Shown: positions 7,979-16,405 of the stretch, one piece after another
Numbering within the stretch: the stretch's first letter is position 1
Layout: every line of letters starts with the position of its first letter
Position numbers and translations under genes: made by a program
The notes under the pieces: model-generated
Told to the model about the DNA's origin: nothing
Database searches by the model: none
Seen by the model: only the letters and a program-made list of their open reading frames with translations
DNA from: Desulfobacterales bacterium
GTDB taxonomy: Bacteria > Desulfobacterota > Desulfobacteria > Desulfobacterales > SpSt-501
DNA: 64,000 bases
Direction: 5' to 3' (one strand)
Assembly: GCA_037481615.1 (NCBI GenBank)
Contig: JBBFLI010000014.1

Positions 7979-9046
7979 TTGTCCATCCGCGAAGAGTTCG
8001 AAGAGCGCGAGCTCTCCTTTCTCTCCCCGTTTGCCTGCCCGAGCGCCCGCTCGCGCGGCCGAAGCGAGGCCGAGAACCCCTGTCCCGTGCGCACGGTGTT
8101 CCAGGTCGACCGCGACCGCATCGTCTACAGCAACGCCTTCCGCCGTCTGAAACACAAGACCCAGGTCTTCCTCTCGCCCCTGATCGACGAGACCCGCACC
8201 CGGCTCACGCACACGCTGGAGGTGTCCCAGATGGCCCGGGCCATCGCGCGGGCCCTGCGGCTGAACGAGGACCTGACCGAGGCGATCGCCCTGGGCCACG
8301 ACCTGGGCCACACCCCCTTCGGTCACAGCGGCGAGGCCGTGCTCAAGGAGATCTACTCCGCCGATTTCACCCACAGCGAGCAGAGCCTGCGGGTGGTCAC
8401 CCGGCTCGAAAACCGGGGGCGGGGCCTGAATCTGACGCACGAGGTCCTGGACGGGATCCTCAAGCATTCGAAGGGCTACGGGCGGGTGCTGCCCGACGAC
8501 CCCGCGGAGCTCGCCTCGACCTACGAGGGGCGCATCGTGCGGATCGCCGATTTCATGGCCTACCTGAACCACGACCTCGAGGACGCGATCCGCAGCGGGA
8601 TCATCCGCGCCGCCGAGGTGCCGCGCGGCTGCCTGCGGGTTCTGGGCGAGACCCACTCCGAGCGCGCCACGACGATGATCCGCGATCTCATCGCCTCGAG
8701 CCGGGTCGTCGACGGCAAGCTCGTGCTTTCGCCCAGCCCCGAGGTCCGCGAGGCCATGGCCGAGCTGCGCCGCTTCCTCTTCGAGCGGGTCTACCGGTCG
8801 CCCCGCCTCGAGCGCGACTTCGAGAAGTCCAAGAAGATCCTCTCCGAGCTATACCGGCACCTCCTCGAGGACGCCTCCCTTCTCGAGCGCGGCCTGGCGG
8901 ATCTCCAAATGGCCGAGGCGTGCCGCGACGGCGAGCCGCGGGAACGGCAGGTCTGCGATTTCATCGCCAGCATGACCGACCGCTACGCGCTCGACCTCTA
9001 CGCGGCGCTTTTCTTCCCCTCTCCCTTCGCGCGGAAGCTCGCCTGA
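7979..9046 (+). CDS. dGTP triphosphohydrolase-like HD-domain protein
   Basis: 355 aa. FQVDRDRIVYSNAFRRLKHKTQVF...RLTHTLEVSQMARAIARAL...LGHDLGHTPFGHSGE matches the dGTPase (Dgt) family HD motifs. Confidence 0.85.
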   Translation: MSIREEFEERELSFLSPFACPSARSRGRSEAENPCPVRTVFQVDRDRIVYSNAFRRLKHKTQVFLSPLIDETRTRLTHTLEVSQMARAIARALRLNEDLTEAIALGHDLGHTPFGHSGEAVLKEIYSADFTHSEQSLRVVTRLENRGRGLNLTHEVLDGILKHSKGYGRVLPDDPAELASTYEGRIVRIADFMAYLNHDLEDAIRSGIIRAAEVPRGCLRVLGETHSERATTMIRDLIASSRVVDGKLVLSPSPEVREAMAELRRFLFERVYRSPRLERDFEKSKKILSELYRHLLEDASLLERGLADLQMAEACRDGEPRERQVCDFIASMTDRYALDLYAALFFPSPFARKLA

Positions 9047-9621
9047 TGCCCGACCGGCTGCCGCCCCCGCTCGCCGCCGATCTGGAGGGGCTCTATGCCG
9101 CGATGGATGCGGACTACGCGGCGGCGGCCGCCGCTGGGGGATTCGTCTGCCGGGGATGCGCCGACACCTGCTGCCGCTCGCGCTTCGAGCACCGCACCTG
9201 GGCCGAGTATCTCTACCTGCGGCGGGCCTTCGAAGCGTTGCCCGCGGACCGGATCGCCGCCCTCCGGGCGCGGGCGCGGGAGGTGATCGAGGCGCGCCGC
9301 CGCGCCCCGGACGCCGCCCCGGCCTGCCCGCTCCTGGAAGGGGACCGCTGCCTGCTCTACGCCGCCCGCCCCATGCTCTGCCGGCTGCACGGCGTCCCCC
9401 ACCGCTTCCGGCTGCCGGACGGGACCTGGCGGGAGGGTCCGGGCTGCGCCGCGTTCCACCGGCGGCAGCCCGGCCCCGGCCGAGCGCTGCTCGACCGAAC
9501 CCCGCATTACGCCCGGCTGGCCCGCCTCGAGGCCGCCTGCCGCCGGGCGCTCGGCATCCGCCGGGGGTTCCGGCGGACGATCGCCGCCATGATCGCCGCC
9601 GACCCGGCCGAGGAGGCCTGA
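9046..9621 (+). CDS. YkgJ-family cysteine-cluster protein (paralog 1)
   Basis: Tail of track ORF 7918..9621 from ATG 9046 (ATGA overlap with the previous stop). CRGCADTCC ... ACPLLEGDRCLLYAARPMLCRLHG is the CxxCxxCC / C-P-F-L type pattern of the YkgJ (UPF0153) family. Confidence 0.7.
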   Translation: MPDRLPPPLAADLEGLYAAMDADYAAAAAAGGFVCRGCADTCCRSRFEHRTWAEYLYLRRAFEALPADRIAALRARAREVIEARRRAPDAAPACPLLEGDRCLLYAARPMLCRLHGVPHRFRLPDGTWREGPGCAAFHRRQPGPGRALLDRTPHYARLARLEAACRRALGIRRGFRRTIAAMIAADPAEEA

Positions 9622-9622
9622 G

Positions 9623-10483
9623 ATGAAACTGCTCGACCCCGAAGAGGGCCGTCGTTTGCCGGGAAGGCGCCTCGAGCCCGGGGAGCGCTTTCGCTTCCGC
9701 TGCCACCCGCAGATCGGCTGCTTCAACCGCTGCTGCCGCGACCTCCGGCTGCTGCTCTACCCCTACGATGTGCTCCGCCTCAAACGCGCGCTCGGGCTTT
9801 CCTCCGAGGAGTTCCTCGATCGCCATGCGCAGATCGCGCTCGCCCCCGGGGATCTCTTCCCCGATGTGTTGCTCCGGATGGCCGAAAACGAGGAGCGGAC
9901 CTGTCCCTTCCTGACCGAGGCGGGCTGCGGCGTCTACCCCGACCGGCCGGACACCTGCCGCAGCTTCCCCCTCGAGCAGGGCCTGCTCCACGATGCGGCG
10001 ACGGGACGCGACGAGCCGGTCTTCTTCTTCCGTCCTCCCGCCTTCTGCCGGGGGCCGCTCGAGGACGCCGAGTGGACGGTCGAAACCTGGCGGGCCGACC
10101 AGCAAGCCGCGGCGTACCACCGTATGACGGTGCGCTGGGCGCGGCTGTGGCGCCGCTTCCAGGAAAACCCGTGGGGGCCCGAGGGGCCGGCCGGACGCCG
10201 CGGCAGGATGGCCTTCATGGCCGCCTACAACCTGGACCGCTTCCGCGCGTTCGTCTTCGAGAGCAGCTTTCTCGAGCGTTTCCGGTTGCGGCCCTCCGTG
10301 CGCGAGGCGATCCGGGGCGACGACGAGGCCCTGCTGTCGTTCGGCTTCGAGTGGATCGAATTCTTTCTCTGGGGGGAAAAGGGACGCGCCTTCTCCGCGG
10401 GGAGCCGCGGCGGGGGGAGTCAGGGCCCGCCGTCGAGCACCCCTTTCGGCATCGGGGGAACCCTCTCGCCGCCCAGCACGTAA
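9623..10483 (+). CDS. YkgJ-family cysteine-cluster protein (paralog 2, long form)
   Basis: 286 aa. FRCHPQIGCFNRCCRDLRLLLYPYDVLRLKRALGLS...TCPFLTEAGCGVYPDRPDTCRSFPL. Starts 2 nt after paralog 1. Confidence 0.7.
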   Translation: MKLLDPEEGRRLPGRRLEPGERFRFRCHPQIGCFNRCCRDLRLLLYPYDVLRLKRALGLSSEEFLDRHAQIALAPGDLFPDVLLRMAENEERTCPFLTEAGCGVYPDRPDTCRSFPLEQGLLHDAATGRDEPVFFFRPPAFCRGPLEDAEWTVETWRADQQAAAYHRMTVRWARLWRRFQENPWGPEGPAGRRGRMAFMAAYNLDRFRAFVFESSFLERFRLRPSVREAIRGDDEALLSFGFEWIEFFLWGEKGRAFSAGSRGGGSQGPPSSTPFGIGGTLSPPST

Positions 10484-11250
10484 CCCCCGTCCAGGCGCAG
10501 CACCGCGCCGGTCATGAAGGGGGCGTCCCGCAGGATGAAGAGCGCCGCGGCCGCGACCTCCCCGGGCGTCCCCGTCCGGCCGAGCAGGGTATGCTCCAGG
10601 ATCGCGCGCCGCTCCCCGGGGGCGAGCAGCCCCCAGCCGCGGGTCCCCGGGCCGTGGCGGGTGTCGACGAAGCCGACCATGATCTCGTTCACCCGCACCT
10701 CGGGGGCCGCCTCGCGCGCCCAGCTCTCCGTGAGGAGGGAGACGGCGCGGTTCGCCGCGGCGTAGCCGTCGTTGAAGACCGGCGCGGCGGGCCCCGCGCG
10801 GCCGACGAGCCCGGCGATCGAGGAGAGGTTGATCACCGCGCCGTCGCCCGTCGCCTTGAGGTGGGGAAGGGCCGCGGCGAAGACCCATCGCTTGGCGCGA
10901 AGCGTCGTTTCCAGCTCCAGGTCCCACTGGGCCGGGATGTAGGGCCCGTGGACCACGGGCCACCCCCCGCGCTCGATGTTGTTGACCAGGATGTCGAGGC
11001 GCCCGAACGCGTCCACCGCCGCCGCGACGATCCGCGGGGCCTCCTCCAGCCGCCGGAGGTCGGCGCGGGGGAAGAGAAAGGGGCTTTCCTCCCGGCGGAG
11101 ATCGGATTCCAGGCGGGACAGCTCCTCTTCGTCGCCGTCGAAGAGGCAGGCCGCGACCGATACGCCCTCGCGGGCGAGCGCGAGGGCGATCGCCCGTCCG
11201 ATCCCGCGGCTCGCCCCGAGAACGAGCGCCGCCTTGCCTTCGAGCCTCAC
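10420..11250 (-). CDS. Short-chain dehydrogenase/reductase (SDR)
   Basis: C-terminal part of track ORF 10420..11889 from GTG 11250: GKAALVLGASRGIGRAIALALAREG (TGxxxGxG-like), NNIE..., SSIAG...YAAANRAV (YxxxK replaced by YxxxN), DGGY tail. The GTG overlaps the upstream stop (GTGA at 11247-11250). Confidence 0.8.
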   Translation of the reverse strand: MRLEGKAALVLGASRGIGRAIALALAREGVSVAACLFDGDEEELSRLESDLRREESPFLFPRADLRRLEEAPRIVAAAVDAFGRLDILVNNIERGGWPVVHGPYIPAQWDLELETTLRAKRWVFAAALPHLKATGDGAVINLSSIAGLVGRAGPAAPVFNDGYAAANRAVSLLTESWAREAAPEVRVNEIMVGFVDTRHGPGTRGWGLLAPGERRAILEHTLLGRTGTPGEVAAAALFILRDAPFMTGAVLRLDGGYVLGGERVPPMPKGVLDGGP

Positions 11251-11969
11251 GGGATCCCCCCCTGCAACAGCGCCTCGGCCGCCGCGATCCCGGCGTGGAG
11301 GAGCGGGAGCCCCTCGCCGGCGAGCGCCCCCGGGTGCCGATCGAGGATCTCCGCCGCGCCGGGGATGGCGCCGGTTTCCAGCTCCCGGCGCAGGGCGGCC
11401 GGCTCGTAGAGGGCGCGGGCGATCCGCGAGGCGAGTCCGGCCGGGAGGGGTCCGGGATGCAGGAGCCGCTTGGCGCGGAGAAGCCGGAGCAGGCGGTCGT
11501 TTTCGCGGTTGTACTCGGTCAGCCCCTGGGCTTCGCCCCAGGCCGCGGCGGTCCAGCGGCGGCCGGATCGGAAGCCGAGGCAATGGGGCTCGCGCAGAAC
11601 AAACCAGGCCTCGCGCACCGGCCCGCCCCCCTCCGGCAGCCCGGCGGCGCGCAAAAGGGGATAGGCGCGGCAGGAGGAGGGGCGGTCGGCGTAGACCCGG
11701 CAGCCCGCCTCCGACACGAAAGGGCAGCGTCCGCCCGGCGAGTCGAGCGTGAGCACGGGCAGCCCCGTGGCGGGGCCGGGGTGAAGCCGGCAGTAGCGCG
11801 CCCGGAAAGCCTCGACCGACAGGCCGAGGCCCCGGGCCAGCCGCAGCGCGTCGTAGGGGGTCACGGCCTGGACGAGGTCGCGGCAGCAACGGTTGAAACA
11901 GGGGGCCGCGGGCGAACAGTCGAAGCAGAAACCCTCTTCGTCTCCGAGGGGGGTGATTTCGGCTTCCAT
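11247..11969 (-). CDS. YkgJ-family cysteine-cluster protein (paralog 3, long form)
   Basis: From ATG 11969: MEAEITPLGDEEGFCFDCSPAAPCFNRCCRDLVQAVTPYDALRLARGLGLS...RCPFVSEAGCRVYADRPSSCRAYPL. Collinear with paralog 2. Confidence 0.7.
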   Translation of the reverse strand: MEAEITPLGDEEGFCFDCSPAAPCFNRCCRDLVQAVTPYDALRLARGLGLSVEAFRARYCRLHPGPATGLPVLTLDSPGGRCPFVSEAGCRVYADRPSSCRAYPLLRAAGLPEGGGPVREAWFVLREPHCLGFRSGRRWTAAAWGEAQGLTEYNRENDRLLRLLRAKRLLHPGPLPAGLASRIARALYEPAALRRELETGAIPGAAEILDRHPGALAGEGLPLLHAGIAAAEALLQGGIP

Positions 11970-12099
11970 GCGTCTCCGCCGAGGGGTGGGGCTTCCCGGG
12001 GGGGCGTCCGCTCCCCCGGGCCGGATGCCCCGAAGGTGGGCGATTTCGCCCCCGCTGTCAACGGCGCTTCGCCCCCGCCCCGGGCGGGCGCCAAAGATA

Positions 12100-12128
12100 T
12101 TGACAAGCCGGGAGCCCCTTTGATAGAG
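12100..12128 (+). promoter_or_regulatory. Possible aprBA promoter (good -35, weak -10)
   Basis: TTGACA at 12100-12105. The best -10 candidates are GATAGA/ATAGAG, 16-17 nt downstream. If used, it would give a leader of about 250 nt. Confidence 0.3.
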
Positions 12129-12385
12129 GGAAACTTCCTCAACGTTTGGATCCCATCTTGATTTCACGTGTTGCGTGTCAGATCGCTCTTTTCCGGGGCG
12201 GATTGCGCCCCGCCCCGCAGGTGCGCGAAGCGCACGAGACCTCGTTTCTTGTTTTATGGTTGTCCCGCTGCGGCGTGGTTTCAGATCCCCGACGAAGGGA
12301 GGTGCATGCGTCGAGAGCGACCGGCCAATGAACCCAGACCGCGTTGAAGCATCCGATTTCCCCATTCTCCCAAGGAGGTACCCAC

Positions 12386-12826
12386 ATGCCGAGTTTCGTC
12401 ATTCAGGAAAAATGTGATGGCTGCAAGGGCGGCGAGAAGACCGCCTGCATGTACATCTGCCCGAACGACCTGATGGTCCTCGACCCCGTGGCGATGAAGG
12501 CCTACAACCAGGAACCCGATCAGTGCTGGGAGTGCTTCTCCTGCGTGAAGATCTGCCCCACGCAGGCGATCGAGGTCCGCGGTTACGCCGACTTCGTGCC
12601 CCTCGGAAGCAGCATCATGCCGATGCTCGGCACCGAGGACATCATGTGGACCTGCAAGTTCCGCAACGGGCTGATCAAGCGCTTCAAGTTCCCCATCCGG
12701 ACCACCCCCGAAGGCGCGGCCAACGCTTACGAGTCGCTGAAGGGCAAAGACCTCGAAAGCCCGATGCTGGCGACCGAAGAGGCCGAAAACCGCGTTATCC
12801 CGAGGCCCAAGGAGCTCGTGAAGTGA
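12386..12826 (+). CDS. aprB: Adenylylsulfate (APS) reductase beta subunit
   Basis: ATG 12386, preceded by AAGGAGG (12372-12378). MPSFVIQEKCDGCKGGEKTACMYICPNDLM...CWECFSCVKICPTQAI has the two ferredoxin clusters plus an AprB-type C-terminal tail. Confidence 0.95.
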   Translation: MPSFVIQEKCDGCKGGEKTACMYICPNDLMVLDPVAMKAYNQEPDQCWECFSCVKICPTQAIEVRGYADFVPLGSSIMPMLGTEDIMWTCKFRNGLIKRFKFPIRTTPEGAANAYESLKGKDLESPMLATEEAENRVIPRPKELVK

Positions 12827-12911
12827 AGTAAGGCGGGAACCGGCGCGCCACGGCGCGCGGCGAAGCGAAACGCAGCCAACCCCACCCGAAATTCCGTAAG
12901 GAGGAGATCAT

Positions 12912-14888
12912 ATGGCATTGCCGAACAAACCGAAGGGCGAGCTGAAGGCCGTCAAGGACCCCGAAGTGGTCGAGAAGGAAGTCGACATCCTCATCATCGG
13001 CGGCGGCATGGCCGCTTGCGGCGCGGCCTTCGAAGTGCGCAAGTGGATGGACCCGAACCAGACGGTGCTGCTGGTGGACAAGGCCGCGCTCGAACGCTCC
13101 GGCGCGGTGGCGCAGGGTCTCTCGGCGATCAACACCTACATCGGCGAGAACACCCCCGACGACTACGTACGCATGGTCCGCAACGACCTCATGGGCATCG
13201 TGCGCGAGGACCTCATCTTCGACCTGGGCTGCCACGTCGACGACTCCGTGTGGCTCTTCGAGGAGTGGGGGCTGCCGATCTGGAAGAAGGACGAGGCGGG
13301 CAAGACCCTCGACGGCAAGAAGGGGCTCAAGATGGGCACCCTGAAGCAGGGGGCCAAGCCGGTGCGCACCGGCAAATGGCAGATCATGATCAACGGCGAG
13401 TCCTACAAGCGGATCGTCGCCGAGGCCGCCAAGAAGGCGATCGGGGACACGAACATCCTCGAGCGCGTCTTCGTGGTCGAGCTCTTCCTCGACAAGAACA
13501 AGCCCAACCAGATCGCCGGCGCGGCCGGGTTCTCGGTGCGGGAAAACAAGGTCTACATCTTCAAGTGCAAGAGCTGCCTGATCGCCTGCGGCGGCGCGGT
13601 GAACATCTACCAGCCGCGCTCGGTCGGTGAGGGCAAGGGCCGCGCCTGGTACCCCGTGTGGAACTCGGGCTCGACCTATTACCTCGGCATGAAGGTCGGC
13701 GCCGAGCTCTCCATGATGGAGAACCGCTTCACGCCGGCGCGCTTCAAGGACGGCTACGGCCCGGTCGGCGCCTGGTACCTGCTGTTCAAGGCGAAATCCC
13801 TGAACGGCCTGGGCGAGAACTACGCGGCCTCCGAGGCGGCGAAGAAGGAACTGCAGAAGTACGCCCCCTACGGCACCGCGGCGATCACCCCGACCTGCCT
13901 GCGCAACCACCTCATGCTCTTCGAGATGAAGGAAGGCCGGGGCCCGATCATCATGGACACGGTGACCGCGCTCGCCGAGCTGGCCAAGACCATGGACAAG
14001 AAGGACCTCAAGCACCTCGAGTCCGAGGCGTGGGAGGACTTCCTCGACATGACCTGCGGCCAGGCGAACCTCTGGTGCGCGACCAACACCGAGCCCGAGA
14101 AGAAGAACTCCGAGATCATGCCGACCGAGCCCTATCTCCTCGGCTCGCACTCCGGCTGCTGCGGCTTCTGGGTCTCCGGCCCGGATTTCGACTGGGTGCC
14201 CGAAGCCTACAAGATCAAGGCCGACAACGGCAAGGTCTACAACCGCATGACGACCGTCTTCGGCCTCTTCACGGCGGGCGACGGGGTCGGCTGCTCCGGG
14301 CACAAGTTCTCCTCCGGCTCGCACGCCGAGGGGCGGATCGCGGCCAAGCAGCTCGTGCGCTATGCGAAGGATCACGCGGACTTCAAGCCCGAGCTGCCCA
14401 TGACCAAGGAGCAGATCGTGGACATGGTCTACAAGCCGGTCCGCACCTACCTGCAGTATGCCGGCTACACCACCGCCGACGACATCAACCCCAACTACAT
14501 CAAGCCGAACGGCATGATGTACCGCATGATGAAGGCGACCCACGAGTACGGGGCCGGCACGGCGACCTACTACGCCACCAACAACAAGAACCTCGAGATC
14601 GTCATGGAGATGCTCCAGATGATGCGCGAGGACTGCGAGAAGCTCGCCGCCGGCGACCTGCACGAGCTGATGCGCGCCTGGGAGATCATCCACCGCATCT
14701 GGACCGTCGAGTCGCACCTGCGCCACATCCAGTTCCGCAAGGAGACCCGTTACCCGGGCTTCTACTACCAGATGGACTACCCGGGCCAGGACGACGCGAA
14801 CTGGTTCTGCTTCGTGAACTCGAAGTACGATCCCAAGGCGGGCAAGTGGGACATCTTCAAGAAGGACTACATCAAGCTCATCCCGTAA
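12912..14888 (+). CDS. aprA: Adenylylsulfate (APS) reductase alpha subunit
   Basis: 658 aa. DILIIGGGMAACGAAFE FAD fold. Overall AprA-like sequence (…RFTPARFKDGYGPVGAWYLLFKA…). Follows aprB. Confidence 0.97.
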   Translation: MALPNKPKGELKAVKDPEVVEKEVDILIIGGGMAACGAAFEVRKWMDPNQTVLLVDKAALERSGAVAQGLSAINTYIGENTPDDYVRMVRNDLMGIVREDLIFDLGCHVDDSVWLFEEWGLPIWKKDEAGKTLDGKKGLKMGTLKQGAKPVRTGKWQIMINGESYKRIVAEAAKKAIGDTNILERVFVVELFLDKNKPNQIAGAAGFSVRENKVYIFKCKSCLIACGGAVNIYQPRSVGEGKGRAWYPVWNSGSTYYLGMKVGAELSMMENRFTPARFKDGYGPVGAWYLLFKAKSLNGLGENYAASEAAKKELQKYAPYGTAAITPTCLRNHLMLFEMKEGRGPIIMDTVTALAELAKTMDKKDLKHLESEAWEDFLDMTCGQANLWCATNTEPEKKNSEIMPTEPYLLGSHSGCCGFWVSGPDFDWVPEAYKIKADNGKVYNRMTTVFGLFTAGDGVGCSGHKFSSGSHAEGRIAAKQLVRYAKDHADFKPELPMTKEQIVDMVYKPVRTYLQYAGYTTADDINPNYIKPNGMMYRMMKATHEYGAGTATYYATNNKNLEIVMEMLQMMREDCEKLAAGDLHELMRAWEIIHRIWTVESHLRHIQFRKETRYPGFYYQMDYPGQDDANWFCFVNSKYDPKAGKWDIFKKDYIKLIP

Positions 14889-14932
14889 GGATCTGCCGGT
14901 GAGTCCGACCCGCGGAAGCTGAGCCTCAAACA

Positions 14933-14970
14933 AAACCTCCAGGTGCCCGAGGGCACCTGGAGGTTTTTTT
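14933..14970 (+). terminator. Intrinsic terminator after aprA
   Basis: 13-bp GC-rich stem cctccaggtgccc/gggcacctggagg (14936-14963), followed by T7 (14964-14970). Confidence 0.8.
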
Positions 14971-14993
14971 CGCGGCCCCTGTGGCGGGGTCCC

Positions 14994-15044
14994 CCGGATG
15001 CGAAAGCGCACCGCCCGGCGAGGGCGGCGCTCTTTCGCATCCGG
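14994..15044 (+). other. Long imperfect hairpin in the qmoA leader
   Basis: ccggatgcgaaagcgc-a-ccgccc ggcga gggcgg-cgctctttcgcatccg. About 20 bp paired with one 2-nt bulge and no U-tract. Confidence 0.4.
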
Positions 15045-15120
15045 ACGAACCCCGGGCGGCCGGCGCCCGGTCGAACCCACACCCCCGGGGGGATCCCCCG
15101 GCCCTGGACGGAGGAACGGC

Positions 15121-16395
15121 ATGAGTGAAGAAAAAGCAGCCCCGGCAAGCGGCACCATCCTGGTCGTCGGCGGCGGCATCAGCGGGCTCACCACCGCGCT
15201 CGAGGCCGCCGAGGTCGGCTACGAGGTCTTCCTGGTCGAGAAAAACCCCTACCTGGGAGGCCGGGTCGCCCAGTTGAACCAGTACTTCCCCAAGCTCTGC
15301 CCGCCGACCTGCGGGCTGGAGATCAACTTCCGGCGGATCAAGGACAACCCGAAGATCCATGTCCTGACGATGGCCGAGGTGGAGCGGATCGAGGGCAAAC
15401 CCGGCAATTACACGGTCGCCGTGCGGGTCCGGCCCCGCTACGTGAACGAGAACTGCACCTGCTGCGGGGCCTGCGCCGAGGCCTGCCGGACGGAGATCCC
15501 GAGCGAGTTCGACTTCGGCATGAAGACGGTGAAGGCGGCGTATCTCCCCTTCGCCATGGCCTTCCCCGCGCGCTATGTGATCGACCCCCGGATTCTCGGG
15601 ACCGAGGACGCCGAGCGGGTGAAGGCGGCCTGCCGCTACGACGCGGTCGACCTCGAGATGAAGCCGAAGAGTTTGCAGCTGAACGCGGGGGCCGTGGTCT
15701 GGGCCACGGGCTGGGTGCCCTACGACGCCAAAAGGATCGACAACTTGGGCTTCGGCCGGCACAAGAACATCGTGACGAACATGATGATGGAGCGCATGGC
15801 TTCGCTGAACGGCCCCACCGCGGGGGCGATCCTGCGCCCCTCGGACGGCAAGCCTCCGGCGAGCGTCGCCTTCGTCCAGTGCGCCGGCTCGCGCGACGAG
15901 AACCACCTCGCCTACTGCTCCTACATCTGCTGCATGGCGAGCCTCAAGCAGGCGACCTATGTGCGCGAGAAGTGCCCCGAGGCCGAGATCTACGTCTTCT
16001 ACATCGATCTGCGCGCCCCGGGCTACCGCTACGAGCGCTTCTACGACCGGATCAAGCAGGACCCGCGGGTCCACTTCATCAAGGGCAAGGTGGCCCAGGT
16101 CTCCGAAGACCCGCAGACGGGCGACCTGACGGTCGTCGCGGAGAACGCCGTGACCGGCGAGAAGATCGAGCAGAAGGTCGGGCTCGTGGTGCTCGCCACC
16201 GGCATGCAGCCGACCGCCTCCGTGCACAAGCCGCCGGCCGCGGTCAAGACGACCCCCGAGGGCTTCATTCTGAACGCGCCCGAGGCCGGTCTCTTCGCGG
16301 CGGGCTGCGCCGCGAAACCGGCCGACGTCGTCTCCTCGAACCAGAACGCGACCGGGATGGCGCTCAAAGCGATCCAGACCGTGGTGAGACGGTAG
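15121..16395 (+). CDS. qmoA: Quinone-interacting membrane-bound oxidoreductase subunit A (HdrA-like flavoprotein)
   Basis: ATG 15121 within track ORF 14998..16395. GTILVVGGGISGLTTALEAAEVGYEVFLVEK FAD motif, HdrA-like. Position after aprBA. Confidence 0.9.
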   Translation: MSEEKAAPASGTILVVGGGISGLTTALEAAEVGYEVFLVEKNPYLGGRVAQLNQYFPKLCPPTCGLEINFRRIKDNPKIHVLTMAEVERIEGKPGNYTVAVRVRPRYVNENCTCCGACAEACRTEIPSEFDFGMKTVKAAYLPFAMAFPARYVIDPRILGTEDAERVKAACRYDAVDLEMKPKSLQLNAGAVVWATGWVPYDAKRIDNLGFGRHKNIVTNMMMERMASLNGPTAGAILRPSDGKPPASVAFVQCAGSRDENHLAYCSYICCMASLKQATYVREKCPEAEIYVFYIDLRAPGYRYERFYDRIKQDPRVHFIKGKVAQVSEDPQTGDLTVVAENAVTGEKIEQKVGLVVLATGMQPTASVHKPPAAVKTTPEGFILNAPEAGLFAAGCAAKPADVVSSNQNATGMALKAIQTVVRR

Positions 16396-16405
16396 GAGGT
16401 CGATC

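Noticed and set aside
6724-9046. Deaminase plus dGTPase as an anti-phage dNTP-depletion defence island
   Set aside because: Both genes look like widely conserved housekeeping types (TadA-like and Dgt-like). They sit between infC and core metabolism genes with native composition. No other defence or mobile genes are nearby. The unusual coupling is kept as a low-interest finding only.
12795-15194. 799-aa minus-strand ORF opposite aprA
   Set aside because: It is a shadow frame of aprA. Its low-complexity V/L/G/R/H-rich translation has no domain signatures, while aprA on the plus strand is unambiguous.
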